From Octopus sinensis (lineage: Eukaryota): a DNA stretch of 64,000 bases. The DNA lies in the NCBI RefSeq assembly GCF_006345805.1, contig NC_043002.1:69254001-69318000 (forward strand), in the 5' to 3' direction. Position numbers and translations under genes: made by a program. The notes beneath the pieces are model-generated. The model searched no databases and was not told where the DNA came from. It was given only the letters and a program-made list of their open reading frames with translations. Shown one piece after another: positions 51,831 through 64,000 of the stretch (within the stretch, counting starts at the first letter, position 1; each line of letters begins with the position of its first letter).

Positions 51831-52636
51831 AGGTGGCGAGCTGGCAGAAACGTTAGCACGATGGGCGAAATGCTTAGCGATATTTCGTTTGTCTTTATGT
51901 TCTGAGTTCAAATTCCGCCGAGGTTGACTTTGTCTTTCATCCTTTCGGGGTCGATAAATTAAGTATCAGTTGCGCACTGGGGTCGGTCTAATCGACTTAA
52001 TCCCTTTGTCTGTCCTAGTTTCTCCCCTCTATGTTTAGCCCCTTGTGGGTAATACAGAAATAAGAAATGTTAGTAAGCCGGGCGAAATGCTTAGCGGTAT
52101 TTCGTCTGCCGCTACGTTCTGAGTTCAAATTCCGCCGAGGTCGACTTTGCCTTTCATCCTTTCGGGGTCGATTAAATAAGTACCAATTACGCACTGGGGT
52201 CGATATAATCGACTTAATCCGTTTGTCTGTCCTTGTTTGTCCTCTCTGTGAATAGCCCCTTGTGGGTAGTAAAGATATAGGTATTTCGTCTGTCGCCACG
52301 TTCAGAGTTCAAATTCCGCCGAGGTCGACTTTGCCTTTCATCCTTTCGGGGTCGATAAATTAAGTACCAGTTACGCAGTGGAGTCGATGTAATCGACTTA
52401 ATCCGTTGGTCTGTCCTTGTTTGTCCCTTTTGTGTTTAGCCCCTTGCGAGTAGTAAAGAAATAGGTATTTCGTCTGTCTTTACCTTCTGAGTTCAAATTC
52501 GGGCTAGGAAGACTTTGCCTTTCATCCTTTCGGGGTCGATAAATTAAGTACCAGTTGCGTACTGGAGTCGATGTAATCGACTGCCCCCGCCCACTAAAAA
52601 AAAAAATTCGGGCCTTGCACATAAAGTAGAAAAGGA
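51831..52636 (+). mobile_element. Head-to-tail tetramer of SINE family B
   Basis: Four successive GAGTTCAAATTC...GTCGAT units, joined at AAAGA[A/T]ATAGGT|ATTTCGTC or a variant of it. Confidence 0.85.
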
Positions 52637-52830
52637 TATAATCAACTAACTATATTTTCTCCCAAATTTTCTGGCCTTGTGCCTATGTAAGAAATGAATA
52701 TTTAAACGCGATTGCAAGCGGAATGCAACATGGAACATATGTACAGGTCAAAGGTTGAAATCAAAAGTATGGTAAACATAAAGAGCGTGCGGCGCACCTA
52801 TCGCTTGTGACTTGTCTATGAATATATACG

Positions 52831-52967
52831 GTATGTATGTATGTATGTATGTATGTATGTATGTATGTATGTATGTATGTACGTACGTACGTATGTATGT
52901 ATGAATGTATGTATGAATGTATGTATGAATGTATGTATGTATGTATGTATGTATGTGTGAATGTATG

Positions 52968-52998
<31 letters not shown>

Positions 52999-53242
52999 GC
53001 ATGCATGTATGTATGTATGTATGTATGTATGTATGTATGTATGTATTTATGTATGTATGCATGCATGCATGTATGTATGTATGTATGTATGCATGTATGT
53101 ATGTATGTATGTATGTATGTATGTATTATGTATGTATGTACGTACGTACGTACGTATGTATGTATGTATGTATGTATGTATGTATGTATGTATGTATGTA
53201 TGTATGTACGTATGTACGTATGTATGTATGTATGTATGTACG

Positions 53243-53273
<31 letters not shown>

Positions 53274-53383
53274 GCATGCATGTATGTATGCATGTATGTA
53301 TGTATGTATGTACGTATGTACGTATGTACGTATGTATGTATGTATGTACGTACGTACGTACGTATGTATGTATGCATGCATGT
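52831..53383. repeat. Long (TATG)n tetranucleotide array with TACG/CATG variants
   Basis: Directly visible; explains the YIHT/MYVC ORFs. Confidence 0.98.
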
Positions 53384-53691
53384 AGGTAGGTAGGTCTGTG
53401 TGCGTGTATGCGTGCATGCGAGTGTGTGTGTGTGATCAGTTTTATTTCAAGATTTCATGCCAATTGAGAAAGAACCGGTCTCTAACGTAGATTCAAGGCT
53501 CCTTCATTGGAATTTCAACATCAACAATAGGGTATTTTTGTATGTATTTATGTATGTATGTATACGTGCAGATTTCTATGTTTTGCTTTATGCATGTATG
53601 TGTGTATGTATGTGTGTATGTATGTATGTATGTATTATGGATGCATTATGGATGTTGGTATGTATTATGTAAGTATGCATTAGTATTTAGA

Positions 53692-53744
<53 letters not shown>

Positions 53745-53801
53745 TATGTACATACATATATATGCATATTCAGGCTCATGCACGTCAATACAGACTCATA
53801 C

Positions 53802-53860
<59 letters not shown>

Positions 53861-54012
53861 ACCTACCTGATGACCCTGTGAAGGCGCAAGTGAACAGGCG
53901 AAACTCAAGAGGGCCATGAAGCTGACTCGACCGAAATAAAAATATTTAAAAAAAGTTTTACAATGACATTGAGTACTCTCTCTTTCGAGCAGTTAACACG
54001 AAACGCGCGCGC

Positions 54013-54072
<60 letters not shown>

Positions 54073-54310
54073 TATATATGCGTGTGTGTGTGTTTGTGTG
54101 TATGCACACACTCACACAAATATCTGAGACATCTATATTTTTGTAATTTAATACTACAGATGACAGTTGAATTCACTTCAAATTGAAGAGGTGTCAACAT
54201 TTTCGCCGCCCAGTCGTAACTTGGTTATTGACATTTCTTCTTCAGACGATTGCAACCGAGTCAAATTCCACACGCTGCACCAGGAACCTCTGAAGCACAT
54301 TATTTTGATT

Positions 54311-54365
<55 letters not shown>

Positions 54366-54669
54366 ACCACGAGCGGTCTTCGTCTTCTGTAAGGGTGAAG
54401 AAGTCTGGAAAATATACCATTCGGTATATCTTGGGTGTTCAATGTCAAAAGCAGTGGTCAATAAAGCCTACTCTGCATTGGTCTTGTGCTCAGGTCACCT
54501 CTCTTCAGATGGCCTGATGAAGGCTGGACTTGTTGACTTTTGTGTGACCCGTTGACAGGTACCTGTATTTGTCTCTTGCGTGTCAAGCTTTCCTTGCTTT
54601 CTTGACTTGACTTTGACTTGAGACAGCATTCACCCGGGGTGGGTTGAGCTGGCTTCATTCATCCTCAAT

Positions 54670-56170
54670 GCTGCATCTCACACAAACGCCGACCAGGCCT
54701 GGCGATTTGAAGCTAACGACCGCGTGATCTCCAACCACTCCTTATTCCAGCGGCGAACGCCGTAGATATGGGGACCTAGGTTGTGTTCCTTGCTTTCGGC
54801 GACATAGGTCCGAAAGTAATAGAAGCCTAAGTTATAAAGTCGTATATCATTATTGCAGCAAATTAGCAGGTAGCTTTCATCTTCATTGGATAACAGACGG
54901 ACCAAGGCTGCAATATTAAGGGATGTTAACAAGTCTTTCCCATTACGCAGTTGATGAGCTCTAAAGACAAGATCATTAGCATAGCCAAAGTGAGAGAGTT
55001 ACAGGCTCTTGTAGTGTCTTGCTTACTTCTGCCTGATGGTGAGGTTTTGAATGGCGTCAAGGTTTTTTTAAAGTAGTCTAGTATTGCAAAAAAAAGTTTG
55101 CATGTTACACAGGAGGACACTTGCTTTTGTTGGAAACTACTTAATTGAACTGTCTGTACTTAGAACAAAGCTTGATAGGTTTTTGTATATGATGGTGGTA
55201 ACTTTGACAGTTATATCTGGGACACGGTAGTTCAGCGGTAGTCTGTCCATGTTTGTCCCCACTGTGTTTAGCCCCTTGTGGGTAGTAAAGAAATAGGTAT
55301 TTCGTCTGCCGTTACGTTCTGAGTTCAAATTCCGCCGAGGTCGACTTTGCCTTTCATCCTTTCGGGGTCAATAAATTAAGTACCAGTTACGCACTGGTGT
55401 CGATGTAATCGACTTAATCCGTTTGTCTGTCCTTGTTTGTCCCCGTTGTATTTAGCCCCTTGTGTATAGTAAAGAAATAGGTATTTCCCCCAGTTCTGAG
55501 CTCAAATCAGCGCTTGTGTTTCTTCCGTCCGATTTTGCAAGCGGTCGCTGGATTAAACAAACCTAGGAGAAATTCCCAAATACTTCTGATGCTTTTTACT
55601 CGGAGATTCGGAACTTTTCTATAATCCGTCTGCGGTTTCCACATTTGTGGAAACCGTTTTGGTTCTGTCGTTGGTTGAGATCAGTATAAAGGGAAATTCT
55701 GTTAAGGAGCATATAGTTGTAGATATTTAAGGCAAGAGAAGAAGTGTAAACTTTGAGGTTAAAGGTGAGAATGTAATTCTCCCATAGTTCTGAGGTTGTT
55801 CTGGAGGAACTTACCAACAAAAGAGCTTTTCTACTGATTCATACTGTGGAGGAAAAACACTGACGAGCGTTTAATTGCCTGATTTCAACACTTCATATTG
55901 ATTTTTGGAAAACAGAACTACGCAACGGTGATCTTTTCTAGACCCTGTGGTGTCTTTAACAGAAATCCACATTGCATAGAAGACAAAAAAAAATGCACCA
56001 CACAGTTTTCTTTGACATTTATCAAGGAGACCCAAACAAGTAAATCTGGTTATCTCTCTTTCAGAAGAATAGCACCAGAAAATGAAGTACTCTAGAAATT
56101 TTTGGTTTCGATTGCGTGAAATTAACTGCTGATGGAGAGTTTTCTGCTGTCCGCTCATAACCAAAGCATT
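54670..56170 (-). mobile_element. Decayed RTE-clade LINE reverse transcriptase, interrupted at 55241-55557
   Basis: IYNYMLLNRI...NQNGF (RT N-part), LFFAILDY, HFGYANDLV (YADD-like), LASNRQAWSAFV (RTE C-terminus). Confidence 0.7.
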
Positions 56171-56403
56171 TAATGCTAACATCAATACTGCGTTCTGCTA
56201 TTCTTTTACTCTTTTACTCTTTTACTTGTTTCAGTCATTTGACTGCGGCCATGTTATAACACCGCTTTTAGTCGAGCAAATCGACCCCAGGACTTATTCT
56301 TTGTAAGCCGAGTACTTATTCTATCGGTCTCTGTTGCCGAACCGCTAAGTTACGGGGATGTAAACGCACCAGCATCGGTTGTCAAGCGATGTTGGAGGGA
56401 CAA

Positions 56404-56473
<70 letters not shown>

Positions 56474-56541
56474 GACCTCTTGTGTACCGTTGGCGATTTT
56501 TTTCCTCTGTCTTCCCTTCTCTGGATCTTTCCTTCTCCTAT

Positions 56542-56576
56542 GTTTCCGACGAAGAGCTCCGCTCGAAACGTTAAAC
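56542..56576 (+). ncRNA. Minimal hammerhead-like motif (family GAGC/GCTC, ACGT)
   Basis: GTTT-CCGACGA-A-GAGC-TCC-GCTC-GAA-ACGT-T-AAAC. Confidence 0.6.
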
Positions 56577-56670
56577 CCTCCTTCTTCCCTTCTTTCCTGA
56601 GCGTCCAATAATACTATATTTGTTCCACGTCCCCGCGTTGTTGTGTTTTTTTGTGTTTTCTTGTTTGGAT

Positions 56671-56705
<35 letters not shown>

Positions 56706-56739
56706 CGGGCTTCTTTAAGTTTGGTTCATGTATCATGAT

Positions 56740-58135
56740 GACCTTGCCGAAGATATCAAAGCATTCCGCTCAGCAGATTTGCCCTGGAATTGAAATAGGG
56801 TGCCCAAAATTCTGTAATTCAGCCCTCATCGATGTTGAGAACAAGCAGAATGATATAAACAACCATGAACTTCAAAAACATAACTTTTCCTAACTTGACC
56901 ACTCTGAAGTCAATAATTTATCAGCAGAAATTTTAAGAGGAGTCATTAAGTGGTTACACATTGAAAGCATATGACAATGACAACGAACCCAACCTCCCTG
57001 CAGACCCGAGATCCGTCTAGGCTATTCCACTATTTTTTTAGATGGTTTGGTAACAAGAAATTGAAATTTGCGTCCTTGATGCTCCTTATAGAATTGTAGA
57101 GACATTCTTGGTCATTTATTGCTCATCTGTGAACATAAAAGTATAGTTATTGCAACTGTATTCAGGTATCGTTGCCACACTACTTCCTGGGGATTGACAA
57201 GGAGAAATGACAGACAGTGGCACACAAGAGAACTCTGGAGGCCTTAGACAAAACAATTCAGGACTTACATGACAATAGATCTCAAATGAAAGGAATAGAA
57301 TCGTTGTTGTCAAGTGAATTCTGTCAGCTTCTGTCAGTGAAAAAAACCCAACAAAAAAAAAAAAAAAAAACAAAAAAACAAAATAAAACCAAAGGCTGAT
57401 GGACGAAACTTAAAGTCTTCAAAATATCTAGAAATACGAGACCATCTTTTTGGTAATCAGCTGCTTGACTAGTTTGCTAAAAATTTCTTTCAATTTCTAT
57501 AAACACGGTGGTCAATATAGCAGACAAATCGATGTCAAAGGTCTTCCCAACCGGCTATATTATTATCAAACACAGAAGTGGGTGTACAAAAGAGCAAAAC
57601 ATACACCTAAAAATACTACGGTTAACAACATCAACTAGAAGCTATTGGAGGCACTTCCGGGAAATAACTATACCAACTAATCAATATAGATGGATTAGGA
57701 AAAAGTAGTTCTCTATACTACAGAATTTAAAACTGTCTTGGAAACCTCATCTATTGCCACACATTTCAGCTAAAAAAAAAGGACCCTCCTGCCTAATTTT
57801 TGATCAACTGCAGTTTTGTAATAGCACAAGACTAATAGTTAATAAGTTTGTGTTGTTTGTCACCCTGGTTACGTTTCTCACTGGGTGTGTCAAAAGAGAG
57901 GGGGAAAATTTTGCTCAGAATTCCAGTCACATCCAGACGCGTCCTCTCCATTTAGAAGACTCCAGTTTCCTGTCGATAAATGGATTCCAAGAGTAAACAT
58001 TGAAAATTGCTGAACATTTTGAGAATCCTGTTTTGCTCATGGTTACTTTTATGAAAGAGATCCAAGAGTCGGAAACGTCATAATCTCTATTCATGACTTC
58101 GCTGGTAAAACAAAAATTATCCTCAGGTGCTAAGC
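56740..58135 (+). pseudogene. Decayed Helitron RepHel PIF1-like helicase fragment
   Basis: AHKRTLEALDKTIQDL (motif II region), KVFPN...W..KRA..PKN.TVNNIN, TTEF, CNSTRLIVNK, FRRLQFPV, ENP.FAHG...SRVG. Confidence 0.8.
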
Positions 58136-58821
58136 TGACAGTTTAGAATTTACAAGGCAATGACAGAAAAAGATATCACTACACATTACTACATGTACAA
58201 CTTCTGGGTAGTCCCAGCAATTGGATACATGGGTATCCTCCAGGCGCTCTCATTTACACCCATCATAAGGATACGTACACCGGTTTCTACTTTAAGACAT
58301 AGATTATCTATTTATCATTTGCACAGTAAAGTCATGAAATATTCTATTCATACTCAGTGAATATCTATAGTATCGAACTTTACAAAATTGGACTGCTATA
58401 AACGCATTGGAAACAATCTCATTTCTACACATTAAATATAACTTTTTTAGCAAAAATGCATTAGCGTTCTGTTAAAACGAATACACCTTCGCCAAGAAGA
58501 ATTCTGGGCCATATATGATTGTGTGTAATTATGGTATATCTAACACATACATACATGTAAGTATATGTATGTTTGCTTGTATGTATGTATGCACTTATTT
58601 ATGTATGTATATATGTATGTATGCGTTTACATATGTATTTATGCATGCAGGTATGTATTATATATGCAAGGCCCCATATATACTGTTATATCAGTATTTT
58701 ACGCGTTGAAAAATATATCTTTCTACTTGTACTACAATACATTTCAGCACTTCAGAAACAAACTCAAGTTTGTTTACATCTGACGTAATATCTCTCTCTC
58801 TCTCTCTCTCTCTCTCCCTCT

Positions 58822-58859
58822 CTCTCTCTCTCTCCCTCTCTCTTTCTCTCTTCCTCTCA

Positions 58860-58892
<33 letters not shown>

Positions 58893-59323
58893 TATATGGA
58901 AGAAAATAACAACACGATATATTTTAAGCTATATATATATATATATATATAGTGGTTAGGGCAGCGGACTCGTGGTCGGAGGATCGCGGTTTCGATTCCC
59001 AGACCGGGCGTTGTGTGTGTTTATTGAGCGAAAACACCTAAAAAGTTCCACGGGGTTTCAGCAGGGGTTGGTGGCGGTCCCTGCTGTACTCTTTCGCCAC
59101 AACTTTCTCTCACTCTTTCTTCAGTTGGCCTGCTCGCTTAGCCAGCGAGGTGGCGTCATTTGAAGGCTAAAACAATGCAAAGCGCATTGTGACCAGCGAT
59201 GTGTAGCAACATCTGATAGTCTGGTCGGTCACGGTGATCACGGTGATATATATATATATATATAATATATAATATATATATATATATATATAGATATATA
59301 TATATATAAGATATATATATATA

Positions 59324-59378
<55 letters not shown>

Positions 59379-59787
59379 CGTGATCACCGTGACCGACCAG
59401 ACTATCAGATGTTGCTACACATCGCTGGTCACAATGCGCTTTGCATTGTTTTAGCCTTCAAATGACGCCACCTCGCTGGCTAAGCGAGCAGGCCAACTGA
59501 AGAAAGAGTGAGAGAAAGTTGTGGCGAAAGAGTACAGCAGGGACCGCCACCAACCCCTGCTGGAACCTCGTGGAACTTTTTAGGTGTTTTCGCTCAATAA
59601 ACACACACAACGCCCGGTCTGGGAATCGAAACCGCGAACCTCCGACCACGAGTCCGCTGCCCTAACCACTATATATATATATATATAGCTTAAAATATAT
59701 CGTGTTGTTATTTTCTTCCATATAGTGTGTGTGAGAGAGAGAGTGAGAGGAAGAGAGAAAGAGAGAGGGAGAGAGAGAGAGAGAGAG
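58822..59787. repeat. Long inverted duplication centred on (TA)n
   Basis: Arms of about 420 bp (SINE plus flank) are reverse complements apart from 3 substitutions seen and microsatellite length differences. Confidence 0.95.
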
Positions 59788-60321
59788 AAAGAGACAGAGA
59801 CAGAGAGAGTTCCTGTGTCTGTGTGCATTGTCTTTTTACGCTTAGTTACATCATGCATTAACCCACATCCGGTTAAAGCTTGCAGTTCAAATGGTTTTGG
59901 CAACGACAATTAATGTTTGGGCTAAAATAAGTCAATCTTAACCGAGTAAAACTACCCTCCGTTTGTTTTTATAGTTATTCGGTAGACCAAGTCGTCCCTA
60001 AACCTTAAACACTCCCGAACACCCTCCACTAGTATTATCTGTAACAATTTCCCCTCCGGGGAATTGAAATTCATAAATACTATTCTGTATGATTATAATT
60101 ATTACAAATCCGCTTTTGTATATGTTAAGTGGCTTTTTTTTTCTGTCACAAGAGCAAATATTTTTCATAAATATAGGCATATCTGGATTACAGTAGATAG
60201 GGTAGATTCATACATAATTTGCACGCACGCACGCGTGCAATTAGATGAATGCATACATAAATACATACATACATGCGGATATATATACACAAAACACACA
60301 TACCCATACACACATGTACAC

Positions 60322-60403
<82 letters not shown>

Positions 60404-60653
60404 AACATATACACATATACATACATACATGTGTATTGTATAAATACAAATACATGTTTATACATATACATATATATTAATACTCATACATAAATACTTA
60501 CAACACACACTCCACACATATATAGACATACTTACACATATCACACATATGTATAATATATATATATAATATATATATATTATATATATATATATATATA
60601 GTCTGCTATAATGAATCCATAAACACATAAAACATCCAAGCGTATATTTTTTC

Positions 60654-60732
60654 TTCTCTGAAGATATTATGCTCAGGTCATATAAATATAAATTTAATAT
60701 TTACTGAGTATTAATTGAAACAGCTGTAAGTG
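60654..60732 (+). ncRNA. Hammerhead-like motif with long helix II (family ACAGCTGT)
   Basis: TTCT-CTGAAGA-TATTATGCTCAG...CTGAGTATTAATT-GAA-ACAGCTGT-A-AGTG. Helix I imperfect. Confidence 0.55.
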
Positions 60733-60777
60733 AAGATGATTTATTTCCCTTTTCTTTTTCTTCTTCTTATATATATA

Positions 60778-60805
<28 letters not shown>

Positions 60806-60809
<4 letters not shown>

Positions 60810-60870
60810 CACTTATTCAGCATTACCTGACACCTTTGGGTCTCACTGACACCATTACCTCCATTTCTCG

Positions 60871-60914
<44 letters not shown>

Positions 60915-60979
60915 CGATAAATGGAGGTAATGGTGTCAGTGAGACCCAAAGGTGTCAGGTAATGCTGAATAAGTGCTAT
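60806..60979. repeat. Foldback palindrome, about 65-bp arms around (TA)n
   Basis: ATAGCACTTATTCAGC...TTTCTCGCTAT versus its reverse complement, one mismatch. Confidence 0.95.
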
Positions 60980-61129
60980 GGATAGACCATAGTTGAGTTC
61001 CAGGTTCGGTGATTATGCGAATAAGGGGTCCAACATAGGTCATATGTCAGCGTGTGTATATAAATCTTTTTTCCGTAATGAGATAAAAAACCAAGGCTGT
61101 GTAGACTTTAGAACATTTATAAATAGAAG

Positions 61130-61176
61130 GTCTTACAGCTGTTCTAGGATATTTAAAATATCCCTTCATCGGAAAT
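61130..61176 (-). ncRNA. Degenerate hammerhead-like motif, same element family as 30902-31295
   Basis: CCGATGA-AGGGATATTT/AAATATCCT-AGAACAGCTGTA-AGAC. One A lost from GAAA; flank is shared with 30905-30980. Confidence 0.45.
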
Positions 61177-62048
61177 AAGATACGAAGTAGATAGTGAGGT
61201 GGAGGAATGAAAATAGATACAATATCCCTGCGTATCTCACGTTTATTTTCATTCCTCCATCTCACTCTTTACTTCGTATCTTATCTAAATTAACTATTGA
61301 TTAACCAGTTGAGCATGTCCCTTGGTGACTGACAATATGTGCATATCTGGTCCCGAGCAGAAGTAGTGGGTGAGCATCATAGCCATGTGTTGAGAAGAAT
61401 TCTTTGAGGTTTGGATAATTCACCTCTGGAAACAAGTGTGTTTTGTTCATCATCCTTAAACAACCCTTATTCAGGGACCTTTTGATCGGGATGAGCTAGT
61501 CGAACTAAAGAAAATTCTAACTGGGCCCCACCTGCAGGGTCATGCGCTGTTAATCTTGATATGAGACCACCATGTCGCTCACATATGGTTGTGATGCATG
61601 TGCCTGGTGTACCCTTATTAGACGGGTAGTCATGATGGGTATTCTGGGCTTCGTGTATCTTTGATGGTATGCACTGCTCTCTCACTCAACAATAATTCTT
61701 TTATTCTTTTACCTGTTTCAGTCATTTGATTGCGGCCATGCTGGAGCACCATCTTTAGGGTTTTTTAGTCGAAGAAATCGACCCCCAGGCCTTATTTTTT
61801 AAGCCTAGTACTTATTCTATCTGAGTCGTTTAGCTGAACTGCAAATTTTCGGGGACGAAAACACATCAGCACCTGTTATTAAACGGTGAAGGGGAACAAA
61901 CACACACACACACATGATAGGCTTCTTTCAGTTTCCGTTTACCAAATCTACTCACAAGGCATTGGTCGGTCCAAGGCTGTAGTAGAAAACACTTGCCCAA
62001 TGAACCCAGAACCATGTGGTTGGGAAGCAATCTTCTTACCACCCACCC

Positions 62049-62108
<60 letters not shown>

Positions 62109-62354
62109 GATATATCTTTATAAATCTGAACCGTACACTTTTGGTTAGAGACTTGTTCTCTGCTGTATCCAGTGTAGGAATTGACGCAATTACAGAGTGG
62201 AAGTGGTATCGTAGCCATTTAAGGACATACAAAAAAAAGTGACATATTTACTTTCCGTATTTTGAAATATCAAAATTTTCGTGGCAGTTCTGCGACCTTG
62301 TCAATGACACTATTTCGTTGCATCTCTCTCTCTTTCTCTATCTGTATACACACA

Positions 62355-62397
<43 letters not shown>

Positions 62398-63229
62398 AAT
62401 ATACTTCTTACAAATGTTGCACTTCTTCGAGTTATGTATCGTTATACCTGTAATAACTTATAATACCAGCGGCTATAGTAGATGCCACATGCCGGGCATG
62501 CCCATGTTCGGTACCTATATTATTAATACTTAATTTATGCCAACTATTTTTCTATTTCTTCAGTCATCGTGAACATTTAAATTTATGTGAGATAAAGAGT
62601 TATTACATTATCTCACATAAATTAGCATGTATAAAATTATTTGCATATTTAAATAAAAATTTACGGAAACAGCTATTCACTCTCAATTTCCTCTTTCACC
62701 AACCACATATATTTTCTCTGCATTTAAACAGTTCTTTCACATTCTGATGATTTCAAATTTCGAAAGTGACACTAGTCTTGTATGTATGTATATGTATAAA
62801 GTTAAATTTTCTTATAAAGTATGTTTTTAAGTATACTTCACGATATATGGGCTGTAGCAAGAAGTGCTTATTGCGAGCTAAATCGAATAAGAGAAACTAT
62901 GGAAGGAAGACGTCTAGGTAATCAATACAAATTCCAAAGCACATAATAAATAAATATACATATAAATTTATATAAATAAGTCAATAAAATTACAAGTAAA
63001 AGTTATATGTAAAGACCATGCATCAGGTACGTTGGGTTCAGGTACCAAATGGAGAAGTGACAAATAAAAAGAAAAAAAATCCAAAGGTAAAGGTTTCCAA
63101 AAAAGAACGGTTCCAATCGATTAAGAATTTGATGTTTATATGATTGTCGGATGAGAGTTCAAAATTTAAAAGTTCAAGGGTAAATAAATTTGGTAGAAAT
63201 TATTAGATAAGATAAATAACAAATTCGCG

Positions 63230-63320
<91 letters not shown>

Positions 63321-64000
63321 ATTATTATTATTATATTTTTCTTTTATTTGTTTCAGTCATTTCACTGCGGCCATACTGGAACATCGCCTTTAGTCGAAGA
63401 AGTCAATCTCAGGGCTTATTCTTTGGAAGCCTAGTGCTTATTCTATCGGTCTCTTTTGGCGAATCATTAAATGACGGGGACGTAAACACGCCAATATCGG
63501 TTGTCAAGCGATGGTGGGGGGACAAACACAAACTTTTATATATATATACGACAGGTTTCTTCCAATTTCCGTCTACCACATATGGTATAATTATACCACA
63601 TATGGTATAATTATAAACAGGGCAAATTTTAGCCATTTCTCTGCACAGAGGAAATGGTTTTCAGAAGACCCAAGATGGCAGGTAAGGCTATGTGCTACGG
63701 GAGGACCGTAGTTATACTCTCGGTTCGATAATAATATGAGTGAGGAGTCTAATGCAGGTCTCGTGTGAGCATGTATATGTTAAATAAGACATTCTTTTAT
63801 TCTTCTTTAATTTCTTTCAGTCATTTGACTGTGGCCATGCTGGAGTACCGCCTTTAGTCGAAATAATCTTTGTAAGCCTAGCACTTGTTCTATCGGTCTC
63901 CTTTGTCAAACCGCTAGATTACGAGGGCATAAACACACCATCATCAGCTGTCAAGCGATGGTGTGAGGGCAAACACAGACACACAAATACATACATACAT

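Noticed and set aside
52748-53417. Long ORFs (YIHT/MYVC repeats)
   Set aside because: Translations of the TATG microsatellite. The same applies to the ERER, HTHT and IYIY ORFs elsewhere.
54500-54540. CTGATGAAGGC core-like motif
   Set aside because: No downstream GAAA or helix III.
62740-62780. CTGATGA...CGAAAGTGACACTA
   Set aside because: Helix III is plausible but helices I and II do not pair; too weak to call.

Overview
Eukaryotic, AT-rich, microsatellite- and SINE-dense DNA. The repeat families are most consistent with an octopus genome (inference, no search run). The left half holds the 5' and middle part of a PHLPP gene (PH-domain leucine-rich-repeat protein phosphatase) on the minus strand. 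I traced 12 GT-AG exons with continuous reading phase (24845 down to 281) encoding the RA-like domain, PH domain and LRRs, plus a putative first coding exon at 33514-33583. The PP2C domain lies beyond the window start. I found no host gene in 34-64 kb, only decayed mariner, RTE and Helitron coding remnants, hAT and piggyBac-type MITEs, and at least three tRNA-derived SINE families. The most unusual signal is about 11 minimal type I hammerhead-ribozyme-like motifs (C[U/C]GANGA...GAAA, palindromic helix III) in at least 3 families of short non-coding elements, often foldbacks inserted in (TA)n. Several lie in the sense strand of PHLPP introns. Also notable: (TA)n-centred inverted duplications, a tRNA-like unit bracketed by inverted repeats, a uORF/ATGA-overlap arrangement at the putative first exon, and a CpG-depletion boundary inside the gene.
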